The notes under the pieces: generated by a model
Database searches by the model: none
Told to the model about the DNA's origin: nothing
The model's input: only the letters and a program-made list of their open reading frames with translations
Origin: Octopus sinensis
Taxonomy: Eukaryota
DNA length: 64,000 bases
Reading direction: 5' to 3'
Assembly (NCBI RefSeq): GCF_006345805.1
Contig: NC_043009.1
Span: 10,912,001 to 10,976,000 of the forward strand
Program-made: the position numbers and the translations under genes
Shown here: positions 37,468 to 50,998 of the stretch, one piece after another
Layout of the letters: each line of letters opens with the position of its first letter
Numbering within the stretch: the stretch's first letter is position 1

Positions 37468-37883
37468 CATGAACATATAAAATTACAAATTACATGAACA
37501 TATATAAACAGAAGATACAAATATTACAGGCATCCCCCACATACCCACACTAAATAAACATAAACGCACATAGAGATATAAGCATGCGCAAATGAAGACA
37601 TACAATAGAAATACAAAATGGCTGACGGTTAGTAAGGAGAGACACAAATAAGAAAGAAGAAAACAAAGGACCACTGATGCGGTCACAGGAGTGTGACGAA
37701 GAACTCTGGCCGAAATAAGATTAAGATAATATAAAAAATAAATAACACTGAAGCAAGTAACACCAAATATATAGTGCGTGTGTTTTTATTGGCTAAACTG
37801 GCAAAATGACCATTCGGAAATATAACAATATCTGTTTCAACACACGACTTCACATAAAAAATCTTGCACAACAAATATTTAAA

Positions 37884-37921
<38 letters not shown>

Positions 37922-39689
37922 GGGTGGTATGTGTGCGTAAGTGAAAATATATTTGGACACATACATTTAGAGTGTGTCTCCTTTTTTCTTGAAAGTGAAA
38001 TGATGTCTATGATGTTGTTAGAATTCTGTCCCATACATCTTCCTTTCTGTCAGAAAATTCAAAGCATTACCATTCTACTCTTTATGTCAATTATATTCCC
38101 ATCAAATTCCTAATAATAGCATTTTTTAAAAATATTATTTTAGTATTAAAGATCATTATAGCATAAAATCTTTAGTGTAGAAATGTATGACTGTCGCCCT
38201 GTTGTTTGTATTTATGCATACTAAACGAAATGCTATGCAAAGAAGTCGATAGGAATACCAGACATGACCTGTTGGTCGATATCTTATATCCTGTCAATCC
38301 ACAATAATTTATGGCTGTGTCTATGTAAAAATAATCCTCATCAATATCATCATTAGGTATTTCTTTTTCTATATCGTATTATTTTTCTTCTTATTGTTCC
38401 TGAGAATGTAGTAGAGAGGAACTTCCATAGTTCCGTACGTTATTATTTCCTTGTCCATGTCCGCGTAAACCTTTTATTTTTGTCATTAGTATTCTCTGTA
38501 TTGTTGCGGAATTAATCAAAAGTTCCGTTTTTTCAGACTCCCATGTTTAAACAGATTAATTAATATAGTGTTTTCTTTTTTTGTTTATGTAAATATGGAG
38601 TAGGAAAGATCACCAGACTTGAGAAGGTAGTAAATAAGCACTTTAACTTCGGGAAAGATACTTAAGAGGCAGAAAACCCATAAGATTATACTCTGACTTA
38701 TTCAAATAGTCTATGGAAGGGCCGTCGCTTCCGAGTCTATCGTTACCGATAACAACATCAAGATAAGTATCAATACTTCCTTCTCCAACAATATCAGGTA
38801 CAGCGGTTTACAATGTGGTGGCCAGCATTTATCGAAATACTGAATAAAGCTTAAGAAGCTTGACGACTATAACAGCTATCATAAGCAAAGACATCGGGAG
38901 CCATACCACCATATTTTTAGGGCTACTAATTCTACCGGCAGCAACAAAAAACAGCAGCAGCAACAATAATTCTTGGCTAATGAACGATAAACAAAATGAC
39001 TGGTTCAAGAACGTCCATGCGATTAGATAGAACACCAGGAGTAACTTAATTTATCGCTACCTCTTGAAGAACAGGAGGAGAGAACACGTTTAGGAATTGT
39101 AGTTAGACAAGTGCCTGAAGAGTACCTTCAGTGACTCGGTTTCCATTTCACGCTCAAGTAATGTGGGACACTGCAGGCGATATTCTTTTCAGAAATCCGA
39201 GATAATATATATTTCATCTCCGATTTATGAGACAACAGATGGTGAATGTCACAAGCAATAAATAGTTATGTGTTACCAAAATTAAACATGTATCGTCCTG
39301 GAGGATGAGGCTGCTATATTTCAACAAATTCTGTATGAAAACTGATTCTTAACCATGGAATTTCTGGATTTAATCTAAATTTCGGGACTTCTACATGCAA
39401 CAGTAGCAAAGACAACATTAACCGTATTTGTACTGACGAACTGGGTCGTATCATACTTTCGTCTGCGGAGCGAAAGACTTCTATTTGAAGTATCAAGTTT
39501 TTTCACACCATTGTATGAATTATTTTTGTTCCTGTCACTGATGTTGAAAAGGTAAATTTATTAAAAAAATCACTTCCAGATAGGTTACCGACCAAAACAC
39601 GAAGTAACTTGTCTACCATTAACTAGGTAGGGTCCTGCTCCAATGTCTGCCATAGTACTACTTCATCCGATGACATTAACTCTTAGCTG

Positions 39690-39770
39690 AATTTTGATTT
39701 TTACCCTTCTTAGGTCGATTGAGATAACGTAACAGTGAATACAGGAGTCGATATAATCGACTGCTCCTGT
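39690..39770 (+). mobile_element. Diverged family C-like SINE fragment
   Basis: GGTCGATTGAGATAAC..GAGTCGATATAATCGACT. Confidence 0.5.
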
Positions 39771-40065
39771 CCCCCCTGGTAGCAAGAGGGCAATTGATCT
39801 ATTCGTAACTATTGAAGTATAATCTATAACATCTCCTAGTCTGACCGAGTTTCCTGATAAAAAGCCATATCCTTCTCGAGGTGCTACCCTTGGTGATTTA
39901 ACATGTTTTCGTCTATAGCAGACTTAAACAGATAAGGCATCGGGACAAAACAGTATGGTTTTCGGGGAGCTATATCCCGATAAAAACACCGCACCGGTAG
40001 GAGTGGTGCCTAACTATGGGACAAGAGCGAGCAGAAAGTCCAGCTATGTTGGAAATAACAAGAAT

Positions 40066-40088
40066 TGCTACTGCTGCTGCTGCTACTG

Positions 40089-40149
<61 letters not shown>

Positions 40150-40253
40150 CGCTGCTGCTGCTGCTACTACTACTACTACTACTACTACCACTACTGCTGC
40201 TGCTGCTGCTACTACTACTACTACTACTACTGCTGTTGGTGCTACTACTACTA

Positions 40254-40291
<38 letters not shown>

Positions 40292-40322
40292 ACTACTACT
40301 ACTACTACTACTGCTGTTGGTG

Positions 40323-40360
<38 letters not shown>

Positions 40361-40418
40361 GCTGTTGGTGCTACTACTACTACTACTACTACTGCCGCTG
40401 CTGCGGCTGGTGCTGCAG

Positions 40419-40457
<39 letters not shown>

Positions 40458-40497
40458 ACTACTACTACTACTGCTGCTGCTGCTACTGCTGCTGCTG

Positions 40498-40532
<35 letters not shown>

Positions 40533-40584
40533 GCTACTGCTGTTGCTGCTGCTGCTACTACTACTACTACTACTACTACTACTA

Positions 40585-40628
<44 letters not shown>
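40066..40628 (+). repeat. Compound (CTA)n/(CTG)n trinucleotide array
   Basis: Direct reading; internal CTGTTGGTG unit recurs three times. Confidence 0.97.
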
Positions 40629-41020
40629 ATGTAATGTATTATTAACACTCTTTGCATCTCGGTTTTCATTCCTTCTTGTAATAACTGAATTTAATGCTCT
40701 GTTGCACTCTCTATAGTAAGAAGTTAGGCTTTTATGCTTGAGAAAAATCCATTTCTATTTTCTCTTCTTTATCCGTTGTAAAGCACCTTAACCCATTTCA
40801 GGAAAAAAAAATGTAAATAAATATTTTTTTTCTTCTTTTTTTTAACATTGACAATTCTTAGGTGAAGTATAATTGTTGTACTTTTAAATTCCTTCATACC
40901 TATTTGATTTCGATCCAACCATTCTCAGCAATCCATTTCTTCTGGTTCTTGAGTCGTTAATGGAATTCAGTCGAATGAGTTATGAAGAGAAAAACAAATT
41001 TGTAATTTGAAGAGGAGAGA

Positions 41021-41390
<370 letters not shown>

Positions 41391-41406
41391 CGCATATATA
41401 AGTGTA

Positions 41407-41485
<79 letters not shown>

Positions 41486-41536
41486 ATATGTATAACATAC
41501 ATATGCATACATTTTATATATACATATATAATTATA

Positions 41537-41595
41537 TACTTTGATACTTTGATAGGTTTCGGCCATTATTGGCCCAGGCCATGTCTAACTTAATA
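41537..41595 (-). mobile_element. Second copy of the 59-nt micro-element
   Basis: Identical to 37391-37449. Confidence 0.85.
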
Positions 41596-41683
41596 CATAT
41601 ACATGTATATACATACATTCACATACATATATATATATATATATATAAATTAGTAATGCAATACTAGAGTATTTTTACTACTT

Positions 41684-41716
<33 letters not shown>

Positions 41717-42240
41717 GCATACACACGGTTATGTATAAATACGTATATGTATGTATGTGTATGTATCTATCTGTGTTCGTGTGTTCGTGTGCGACAGGGC
41801 GACAATCCCAATTGCTTCCTGTCTCCCACCCTAAATAGTAGACCTTGAAAATGGAGAATAACCTTTTATGACAAATATAGAAAAAATTGAAAATGTATTA
41901 GGCGGCAATCGTCTTTAGCTCATATTTTGTTTTTGATATCTGAGCATGAACTCCGCTAAAATGTTAAGAGAAAAAAACACACAAACATATGGGGGAAAAA
42001 AAAAGAAGGAATGAAAATCATTGAAATTCATACAAAATTTTATGTGTTTTTGTACTTGTAAAGACACAGACATGTCGGCGTGTGAGCTCAGAAATAATAT
42101 ATATATATATATATATATATAATGGGCATATCTATAACTGTATGTATGTCTGTATCTGTCGATCTGTATCTATGAATCAATGAAACTATATATTACATAC
42201 ATATACATCCATAAAAGCACACACACACACACATACACAC

Positions 42241-42271
<31 letters not shown>

Positions 42272-42647
42272 TGTATGTATGTATGTATGTGTGTATGTAT
42301 GTATGTATGTATATATATATATAATATGTATGTATGTATCTTCATACAACTAGATGCACTTATGCATATGAAGTGTCGTACGTACATAATTCACTTACAT
42401 TGTGTGCATATATATATATATATAATATATATATATTATATATATATATATATATGTAAGTATGTATTCTAATATATGAATATATATACACACACACTCA
42501 TATATATATATATTCTAATCATGTGCATATTTGTCAAAAAATGCATTTGCAAACATACACATCAATGCACAGTCAAAATTTTATAAGATCACTTAACTCA
42601 GATTTTATATCCATACATACAAACACACACACACAAACATGCATACA

Positions 42648-42715
<68 letters not shown>

Positions 42716-42784
42716 ATATACATGTATTGGTACGAACTGTAATACATATTTTGTCGGTCTATACACTCATACATACGTATGTGT

Positions 42785-42826
<42 letters not shown>

Positions 42827-43005
42827 TATATATATATTATATATATATATATATATACACACATATATATATATATTATATATATACGCACATATGCACA
42901 CCGAAATATGGTTTACATTTCGTACAAATACACATACACGCATATATGTAGGTGTAGTTTGGTGTCTAAACATACATATATAATATACACAGAAACACAC
43001 ACACA

Positions 43006-43045
<40 letters not shown>

Positions 43046-43185
43046 TCATGCACATATATTCAAATGACACTTCCAGAACAAGTCAGGATGAAGCTTTTTT
43101 GTTGACCTACTTAGCCTAATCGATCTACAAAATATCACGTAACAGATACCAAACCTTTACAGTTCATTGACAGAATCTGGCTTAC

Positions 43186-43333
43186 CTTTCCTTGTTCTCT
43201 ATTTTCCTCTGCTTTATTTTTGTTTTTGCTGTTTTATTACTTAGTGGCGCTGCTATCGCAGTCGTTGAACTCACCGTCGTTGAAGATTTTGCTCTTGTGA
43301 TGTTAGTGAAGTATAATATATTTGATTTTAATG
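43186..43333 (-). other. Candidate minus-strand exon with two alternative donors
   Basis: Acceptor ctttcttctttctaatttaag| at 43334; donors ACG|GTGAGT (43275) and AAG|GTAAGC (43186). Confidence 0.3.
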
Positions 43334-44229
43334 CTTAAATTAGAAAGAAGAAAGCGCATGGATAAATATCCGGTAATGGGAGGAGTAAAGACAGACATGT
43401 TAATAGACAGTAATTGTACATGTTACGTGCTAGTTAAGCCATTAGTTCGTGGCAAGGAGTTTAGGCTCCACTTTTGATCGTATTTGCCTCGAATTCTCAC
43501 GTTTTGTTTTTGATATTACTATTGCAATTTACTTAAAGTGCTGAACTTATAATAGTAGAAAAAACCCTAGTTACAGAATTATTAGAATATTTTCTTAGGT
43601 AAGAGTCTGCGTAAACTATCAGTCTAGACTAAACAATCAAGTTTAATCTTTAAATTTATCAAGAAAATTACTAACCTCGTAGAAAAAAAATATGGATATT
43701 AATAAATGTGACGTATACTCTATTCATAAATATTTTTAACAACTAGGACGAAAAAAAAAACAATCTTTCATAAACATACTGTAAATCGTTCAGTACATAG
43801 TACTAAGGTCGCCATACACAATTTGAATTAGGTGTGATTTGCCACATTGCAGATCTAAACTACTCATATCTTTCGCCAGGTATGTGAGCCGCTATCACCA
43901 CTCGTTTCGGGTAGTTGCTTCATTCTGTAACAAATAACCGCTAAATCTCCTTGAAATTACACTGCAATCTTTAGAATGCAAGGATGCTTCGTTTATGTCA
44001 TCCTTGATATATCTCATGAGAAATCATCTTCTTGTGTCTAAGCAGTCGGAGTTCACGCCAACGAGTTTAGTTACTGGCTGTATCCTGGCACTCCGTGTAA
44101 TTATTGAAAACAAGTAGAGCTTTTGGCAGAGATTGTTTGCAGCCTAAGACAATCTCTACAAGGTGTAGGAGTCGGTAGACAGCAGAGTACTCTGAACGAT
44201 TTTGCAGCTTTGAAGTGTGCCTCCTCAAC

Positions 44230-45110
44230 TGATTGTTCTGATGATGGCCTTGTACACCGAAACAGTCAGTGAATTTCGGAATGGGAGCTCAGCAACTCAC
44301 TTCTTCCTAGTTAGATCTAGGGTCCTTCAGGGTTTTGTTTTAGCTCCTACTCTGTTCAATGCCTGCAAGGATTAGAAACTTGTCTGAATGGTAGTTTGAT
44401 CAAGCTGTAGTACACGCATTAGTGAAAGTAGGATTATAAACCTAGGTCTTGCTGAAGAGGCAGATAGTCTTGCTGAGTCTTTGTATTCTTAAGATGGGTT
44501 CTCCTTTCAGTGAGGGACGAAGCGGAACCTTTTGGCCTTTGAATGTCTTCGGTCAAGACAAAGATCCAGTCTTTCGTTGGCTTCTTGGAGACTCCACTTC
44601 ATCTGACTCTGTTGCAGGTAATACTGTAAAAAGAAGTTAACCGCTTCACTTTTTTTCAAAGTGATTCATAGCAGTATTACCTGCGAGTCTGAGGTCCTAA
44701 AAAGACTTGGATGAGCTTTTACAGTTATGATCCACTGGGCAAAGATGTTTGGAGCTGTCGATATCTGAGCAGGAGGACAATGGTTCAGGTCTTTGTGTTT
44801 CTCGTCCTCCCTATCTTGCTCTATACATTTAAGACTTGGCCACTATGAGGGGTCTTAAGGAGCCGCCTGAACTCTTTTGGTACCAGAATGCGTCACAGGA
44901 TTATGGGTTACCATAAGATGGATTTTGTATCCAACCAACGACTCTATTGAGAGATTAGGATTTGCTCTGCTACTTGCATAATCCGTAAGTGCCAGCTCAG
45001 ATTATTGGCCACTTTGCTCAATCTTCCGAGTTAGACCCTGCTTATTGTGTCCTTTTCATTGAAGATCCGGTTGAATAGATGGCACGTGTTGGTCGGTTCC
45101 ATGCTACATA
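44230..45110 (+). pseudogene. RTE-clade LINE reverse transcriptase relic
   Basis: VLQGFVLAPTLFNAC, LGLAEEADSLAES (degraded FADD region), and downstream pieces resembling RTKVQVF..LLY..TW and GHFA. Confidence 0.82.
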
Positions 45111-45407
45111 GTCACAGCGGATGAGGAGGTATCTCGTAGATACGGGGACTGACTCTGCCTCTGCTCGACGTGCCACCCTGGATGACCCGCGAATATACTA
45201 ACAAACGAGGAATGCAGCATTGCGCTCCCACACCGGCTGTCCCCAAACCTGACCCGATGACCTCAACTGTGAACAATTCAAGGAAGAAACTTCTTTGCTT
45301 ACGCCCGATGGGATACAAATACTAATTAATATTCCTTTAAATAATACGTTGTTAGAGTTAAAAGAGGACACAATGAAGTCTCAGTTTCTCTAGTTTTAAA
45401 TAAAGTA

Positions 45408-45764
45408 TTACGGAGATGTACTTGCATAGCAAGTGATTTGATCTGAGATCGTGTGCTGAAACGAAAACAATTGCAGCGTGGAAGGTGTTTGTAAGCCATT
45501 TAAGAAACACACAAAAGCCGTTCGATTCCCTTCAACATTTAAGTTTAATTTGTCAAAATATTTTCGTCGCTTTAAGACCGCGACATGTTCACTGACAAAA
45601 ATCCGTGCTGGATGCAGCACGGATTTTTGTCAGTGAACATGTCGCGGTTTTAAAGCGACAAAAAAATATATATTTTGACAAATTAAATTTAAATGTTAAA
45701 GTGAATCTAACGGATTTTGTGTGTTTCTTGAATGGCTTACAAACACCTTCCACGCTGCAATTGT
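45408..45764 (-). mobile_element. Second copy of the palindromic hammerhead element (~200-bp sense arm, GATG loop, 150-bp inverted arm), 11-bp imperfect TSD
   Basis: TAAATAAAGTA at 45397-45407 / TAAATAACGTA at 45765-45775; same outer end TTACGGAG and same centre as 33957-34233. Confidence 0.88.
45549..45599 (-). ncRNA. Hammerhead-like motif with G3-C8 core
   Basis: Reverse complement: TTTGTCA GTGAACA T GTCGC ggtcttaaa GCGAC GAA AATATT T TGACAAA; the partner at about 45626-45682 has lost G12. Confidence 0.68.
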
Positions 45765-46789
45765 TAAATAACGTATGTTATTATTATAGTTGGATTTTCT
45801 ACACAGTTAAGGCAGGCAAGTGACTAAGCAACCAGTGTAACAACTATAATAATACTAGATTAACGCATAGACAGAAATAATATGTGAATTGAAACAGTTG
45901 TGAAATATTCATATAATCTATGACAATACTTAAACTGTTAGTGGATTGAAAGCCTTTGTACCACCATAATCGAGAACAGAATATGATTTTGGGAAGAAAA
46001 CGTATTTATCATTGAATTATTTCCAGGTGAAATCTGTGACGAGGATATTCACATCAGGTAAAAAAGAAGTTTATTCAGTGTAGTAGTAAATAATCAGGTT
46101 AAGCGTGAGTCTTAAAAAATTGCTTTAATATCGAGATGATATTTTCGAGTTATGGAAATTGAAACATGGCTACTTACTGACAAACTGGTTAGTACATTTG
46201 TGATCATGTGACGTTTATATACGGAGATATTGGACAGTGCCGATATCTCTGTATATAAGCGATTTTCAACTACGTGTAATCAACAGATGTGATGTCACAC
46301 CATTAACGTTTTTAGAGTAACTCCAGCATCCACTGCTCCTTGGCGGCTGTAAGTATCGGGTTACGTCCATCACCATTTAGGAAAATCTCTTTCATTAACT
46401 TTTCCTCTCACCTTTCCCCGTCACTCATTCTATGCTTAATGTGTTCCCTTCATCCTCCTCAAAACTTTGACCCTCCGGAACTTTACCTCCCGATTAATAT
46501 TCATCCTACAACTGTTATCTCACGTGTGTTCAATAGAAAAAGTAACTATATCAAATTCAAGGGTCTCAGGGGTCCTGCAGAGCTATTAAAAAACACTAAA
46601 ATCTTGGTTGCATAGAACTTTGAAAACGAGTAGAATATTTTGATGTTTGCAACTACGCCTATCTTTAGCACCTACGCATGTGTGTCTATATGTGTATGTG
46701 CTTGTGTGTCTACGTGTGCGCGAGTATGTGTGGTGAGAGATTAATGCAGATATTGCACACTTGCAACTAAATTGTTCGGAAAGGTTTTG

Positions 46790-47065
46790 ACCTATAAATG
46801 ATATCCTTTCCAAGCAAAGTCCCATACATTTAGACAATAGGTCTTGGTGAATGCTAGAATAATTTTGTTATAAGGCTTTCCAATAATTGATTTTGTTGGG
46901 TTTATAAATGTATTCGGGAGGCTTGTAATTACTGGAATTTGTTGAATAAGTTTATTGTCATCAAAGAGCATAGTGCTAATGGATTTGCTGAATGTGACTT
47001 TGTCATATTGCTTTATAAACGATGCCGAATGCCGTCCATGGTTAGCTAAAACCACAAAGAACACA
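46790..47065 (-). pseudogene. Possible PLE reverse transcriptase N-terminal relic
   Basis: FINPTKSIIGKPYNKIIL resembles the PLE motif LINPxKSxIGKxSKxIL. Confidence 0.4.
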
Positions 47066-48062
47066 ACACTATAAGGACATTAGTTTTCATTCTAAACAAG
47101 CAACACAAAACAAAATAAGGAATTAAACAGAATTCCATTATATCGAGACTTGCTAGAAAAGACCTCTTGGCAGGAAGCCTTCCATATTATTTTCTAATAT
47201 TTCTAGGAATAGAGTAGATTATAGGAAATATTTCATATAATTCCAATCTTTAAATAGAATATAAACGTTGATAAAAAAGCACTCGGTAACACTGCCAAGC
47301 ATTGATATGTATAAAGACAGTTACAAGAAAAACATAGTAACATTGCCAATATTTGGAACGAAAAGAATGGTTGTGAGAATTCTGTATTCATTATTAGTTT
47401 ATTTATATATCAATGAAACCCCCGGAAATAATTCAGTGGTTTGTGAGAAACTGACAAATTAAATTCATAATTTAACGTATTTATCGTCTTATTGAAGCGT
47501 GGGAAAGAAATCGAAAGTTGGAGTATTTTTAGCAAAAGTTAATAAAATATTATAATAGAAGTAACGTAATGGAATATTTAAAAGAAGAGGAAAAGTCTAC
47601 ATGTTTCATTGTTTTTTTTTTTTTTTTTTTGGCATCTAAGTAAATCAGGGCTGTAGGATTTACGAGCGAAGTCTGAGTATTTGCATCAAAGTTTAATTTA
47701 GAAGCTCGGAAAGTAAATTGCCTTGAAATAAAATAGACAATAGTGTTGCTGATCGATACATGTAGCGGTCATACATTGATAAACTGCCAGCGAAAATAAT
47801 TAAAATATTAGAAAAACAAAACAAGCGAAAGTGATAGCTTGATTGAAAAACAAAAAATAGAACAGATTCACACACACACAAACATACACACACGCGTATA
47901 CACACACTCGCACGCACAGAGACACAGACACTCACCTATATATATATACACAGATACACAAGAATGTATATATTCATACATACATATCTTTCTGTCTATT
48001 TGTCTGTCTATGTATGTATATATGTATATATATATATCACGTGACCACGTGACCGACCTGGC

Positions 48063-48244
48063 CAAAGAGTGAGAGAAAGAGTGGTGAAAGAGTACAGCAA
48101 GGATCACCACCCCCTGCCGGAGCGTCGTGGAGCTTTTATGTGTTTTCGCTCAATAAACAGTCACAACACCCGGTCTGGGAATCGAAACCGCGATCCTACG
48201 ACCGCGAGTCCTCTGCCCTAACCACTAGGCCATTGCGCCTCCAC
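48063..48244 (-). mobile_element. SINE family A, 3'-truncated
   Basis: Reverse complement head GAGGCGCAATGGCCTAGTGGTTAGGGCAGAGGACTCGCGGTCGTAGGATCGCGGTTTCGATTCCCAGACC. Confidence 0.92.
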
Positions 48245-48247
48245 ATG

Positions 48248-48301
<54 letters not shown>

Positions 48302-48436
48302 TACACACATACATACATATACATATAAATATATGATAGATAGATGTCCATATGTGTGTATATAAGTACGAAATAGACGTGTATTGTGTGTATGTGCATT
48401 CTTCTACATGTAAATGTGTGTGTGTGTGTGTGTATA

Positions 48437-48848
48437 TACTCTCTTTACTCTTTTACTTGTTTTAGTCATTTGACTGTGGCCATGCTGGAGCACCGCCTTT
48501 AGTCGAGCAAATCTACCACATGACTTATTCTTTGTAAGCCTAATATTCATTCTATCGGTCTCTTTTGCCGAACCGCTAAGTTACGGGGACGTATACACAC
48601 CAGCATCGGTTGTCAATCGATGTTGGGGGGACAAACATAGACACACAAACATGCATATATATATATATATATATACACATATATACGACGGGCTTCTTTC
48701 AGTTTCCGTCTACCAAATCCACTCACAAGGCTTTGGTCGGTCCGAGGCTATAGTAGAAGACACTTGCCCAAGGTGCCATGCAGTGGAACTGAACCTGGAA
48801 CCATGTAGTTGGTAAGCAAACTACTTACCACACAGCCACCCCTACGCC
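48437..48848 (-). mobile_element. SINE family B, full length
   Basis: Head GGCGTAGGGGTGGCTGTGTGGTAAG..GGTTCAGTTCC; tail AAAAGAGTAAAGAG. Confidence 0.93.
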
Positions 48849-49545
48849 TGTATGTAGTTTTTTTTTGCAAAGGTTATTACAACAAATCACAATTGTTCAA
48901 TTATGTAGCACCCCAGAAACATAGGTATGATGGAAGGGTGGCTAAGTGGCACGGCATTGTTTAAAGACATTGTTTTTACTCGTTGTTGCCTCTTTCTTCC
49001 ATTTCTTTATAGCTGTGTTTCCTTCTATATCTTTCTATTTATTCACTTTATCGCATTGATCGATCTGATCTAAATATAATCAAGATGGATCACAAACTGA
49101 TAATATAATTTGTCTAAATATAGCTAATAATTCTTTCTCTGTCACTAACTTTCTACTTATATGCGCATCTTTGTCTCTCAGTCTTTATCTGTCTCTTTTC
49201 TTCGCACTCTCTTCTTTCCTCTTAAACAAACTCATGTACATTCGCGTGTAAGCCACACTACTTTGTATTTATCTAATATTCCACCTTTCTATCTCTGGTT
49301 TTCAGTTTCTTTTGTCATATTCCTTTGGCAGTAAACACCCAATTCTATCAAAAGAATATATTTCAAGGCATAATATTTATTTGTATACAAATCAAATAGC
49401 TTGATAACATCTTATGTCCCAAAATATATCAAGGAATTGTTGCATTCGATATCTGTTTGCTAAAATTACAAATAACCGGTTGTTTAAATAATTTTCTTTT
49501 TAAGATATTGCTTTCAAATTGAAAATTTTGTTATCCGTGAATATT

Positions 49546-49571
49546 ATCTGTCTGTATGTATGTCTGTCTGC

Positions 49572-49669
<98 letters not shown>

Positions 49670-49734
49670 GTCTGTCTGTCTGTCTATCTATCTATCAATC
49701 TATCTGTCTATCTATCTATCAATCTATCTGTCTG

Positions 49735-49817
<83 letters not shown>

Positions 49818-49838
49818 GTCTGTCTATCTATCTGTCTG

Positions 49839-49871
<33 letters not shown>
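49546..49871 (+). repeat. (TCTA)n/(TCTG)n array
   Basis: Direct reading. Confidence 0.97.
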
Positions 49872-49872
<1 letters not shown>

Positions 49873-50919
49873 CCCCACGTCTCTCCCCCCTCTCTCTCTG
49901 TTATTTGAAATATTTTTGCTCGTTGCCTAATCTGCATCACCGAAGAAGCTTTAATACGTTTGTGTCCCGAAATATAAAAATAATTTCTCAGATTTATAAC
50001 ACGAATATGGTGTGTGTCGGTGCCTTATATTTTATGGAAACCTTCGAAGCAACTCAGTTTGAGAACATGTTTGAGGTACAGTATTTCTTATTTCACTTCT
50101 CTCGAATTCATAAGACCACTTTCATATTTTTGAAACACCGAATACTTCCGATGATATGCTTTACCATCTTTGAAAAATCCGAGTATCAGAATCTGTAAGA
50201 AATCACTAAAATAATTGCCATTCAATAAAGACCTAAAAAACGTGACAAAAATGGCAAGACTGGTGTGTATCTTATTACGTAGATCGACGTGAAACAATTT
50301 GATTTTGAATATGTTGTGTAGTAGTAGTGGTACACATTGTAATCGATGAATATGAAGAAGAATTGTCTGATCTGAGTCACAGGAACATGTAAAACACGAA
50401 TAGAAAGAACTTTAATTATGTGAGAGAAATTGTTATATCAGATATTGGTTTTATTGATTCTTTGAAAAGGTCCATTGCTCCCACATTTGATCGAAAATTT
50501 GGTTAGGGTCCATTGTTAACTGCAGCTCTAGAAAAGATGTATGTTTATCATTATTACACGATTGTTTTGAATCCATGAGTTAGATCAAATATCTTTGAAT
50601 TTAGTTTTAATTTCGGATCGGAGACGTATCAGAACAGACGGGATATGTCTAAAGGAAGATAAAAACACATGAATCCCAGGATGCTTATTTCTCATTGTCT
50701 GAACACTGGACATTAGTTAATAAAGTCTATTACTGGATAAAAAAATAAAAAATAAAAAATATATAAAATGAAACACTTGATTTGATATTATAAACTTGGC
50801 ACTTAGAATTCCTCTATCCACAAAATTAAATGGCAAGTGTAACGTGGAAACTTGTGAGCTTTTGGCTATATGCTACATGCAAGTGAATCTATATGTAATT
50901 ATTCAGTGGCGTAGGATCA

Positions 50920-50954
50920 TCTCTATATAAATAAACGGCAAAATGTCTATCTGT

Positions 50955-50998
<44 letters not shown>

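Larger units (their letters stand above)
36151..37880 (+). mobile_element. Penelope-like element insertion: inverted terminal repeat, 5'-truncated endonuclease, terminal repeat
   Basis: Arms 36151-36754 / 37177-37831 around a GIY-YIG coding spacer; HHR-like motifs at 36274-36315 (-) and 37671-37709 (+), both with A9 changed to C. Confidence 0.9.

Noticed and set aside
40016-40645. 209-aa Thr/Ala ORF and its Leu, Tyr/Cys and Ser counterparts
   Set aside because: Products of a trinucleotide array; there are no splice signals or unique coding flanks.
44238-44267. CTGATGA..GG/CC..GAAAC..GTC hammerhead-like string
   Set aside because: It lies in frame within RTE RT coding sequence (LMMALYTETVS); stem I is mostly wobbles and stem III is not viable. 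Best explained as coincidence.
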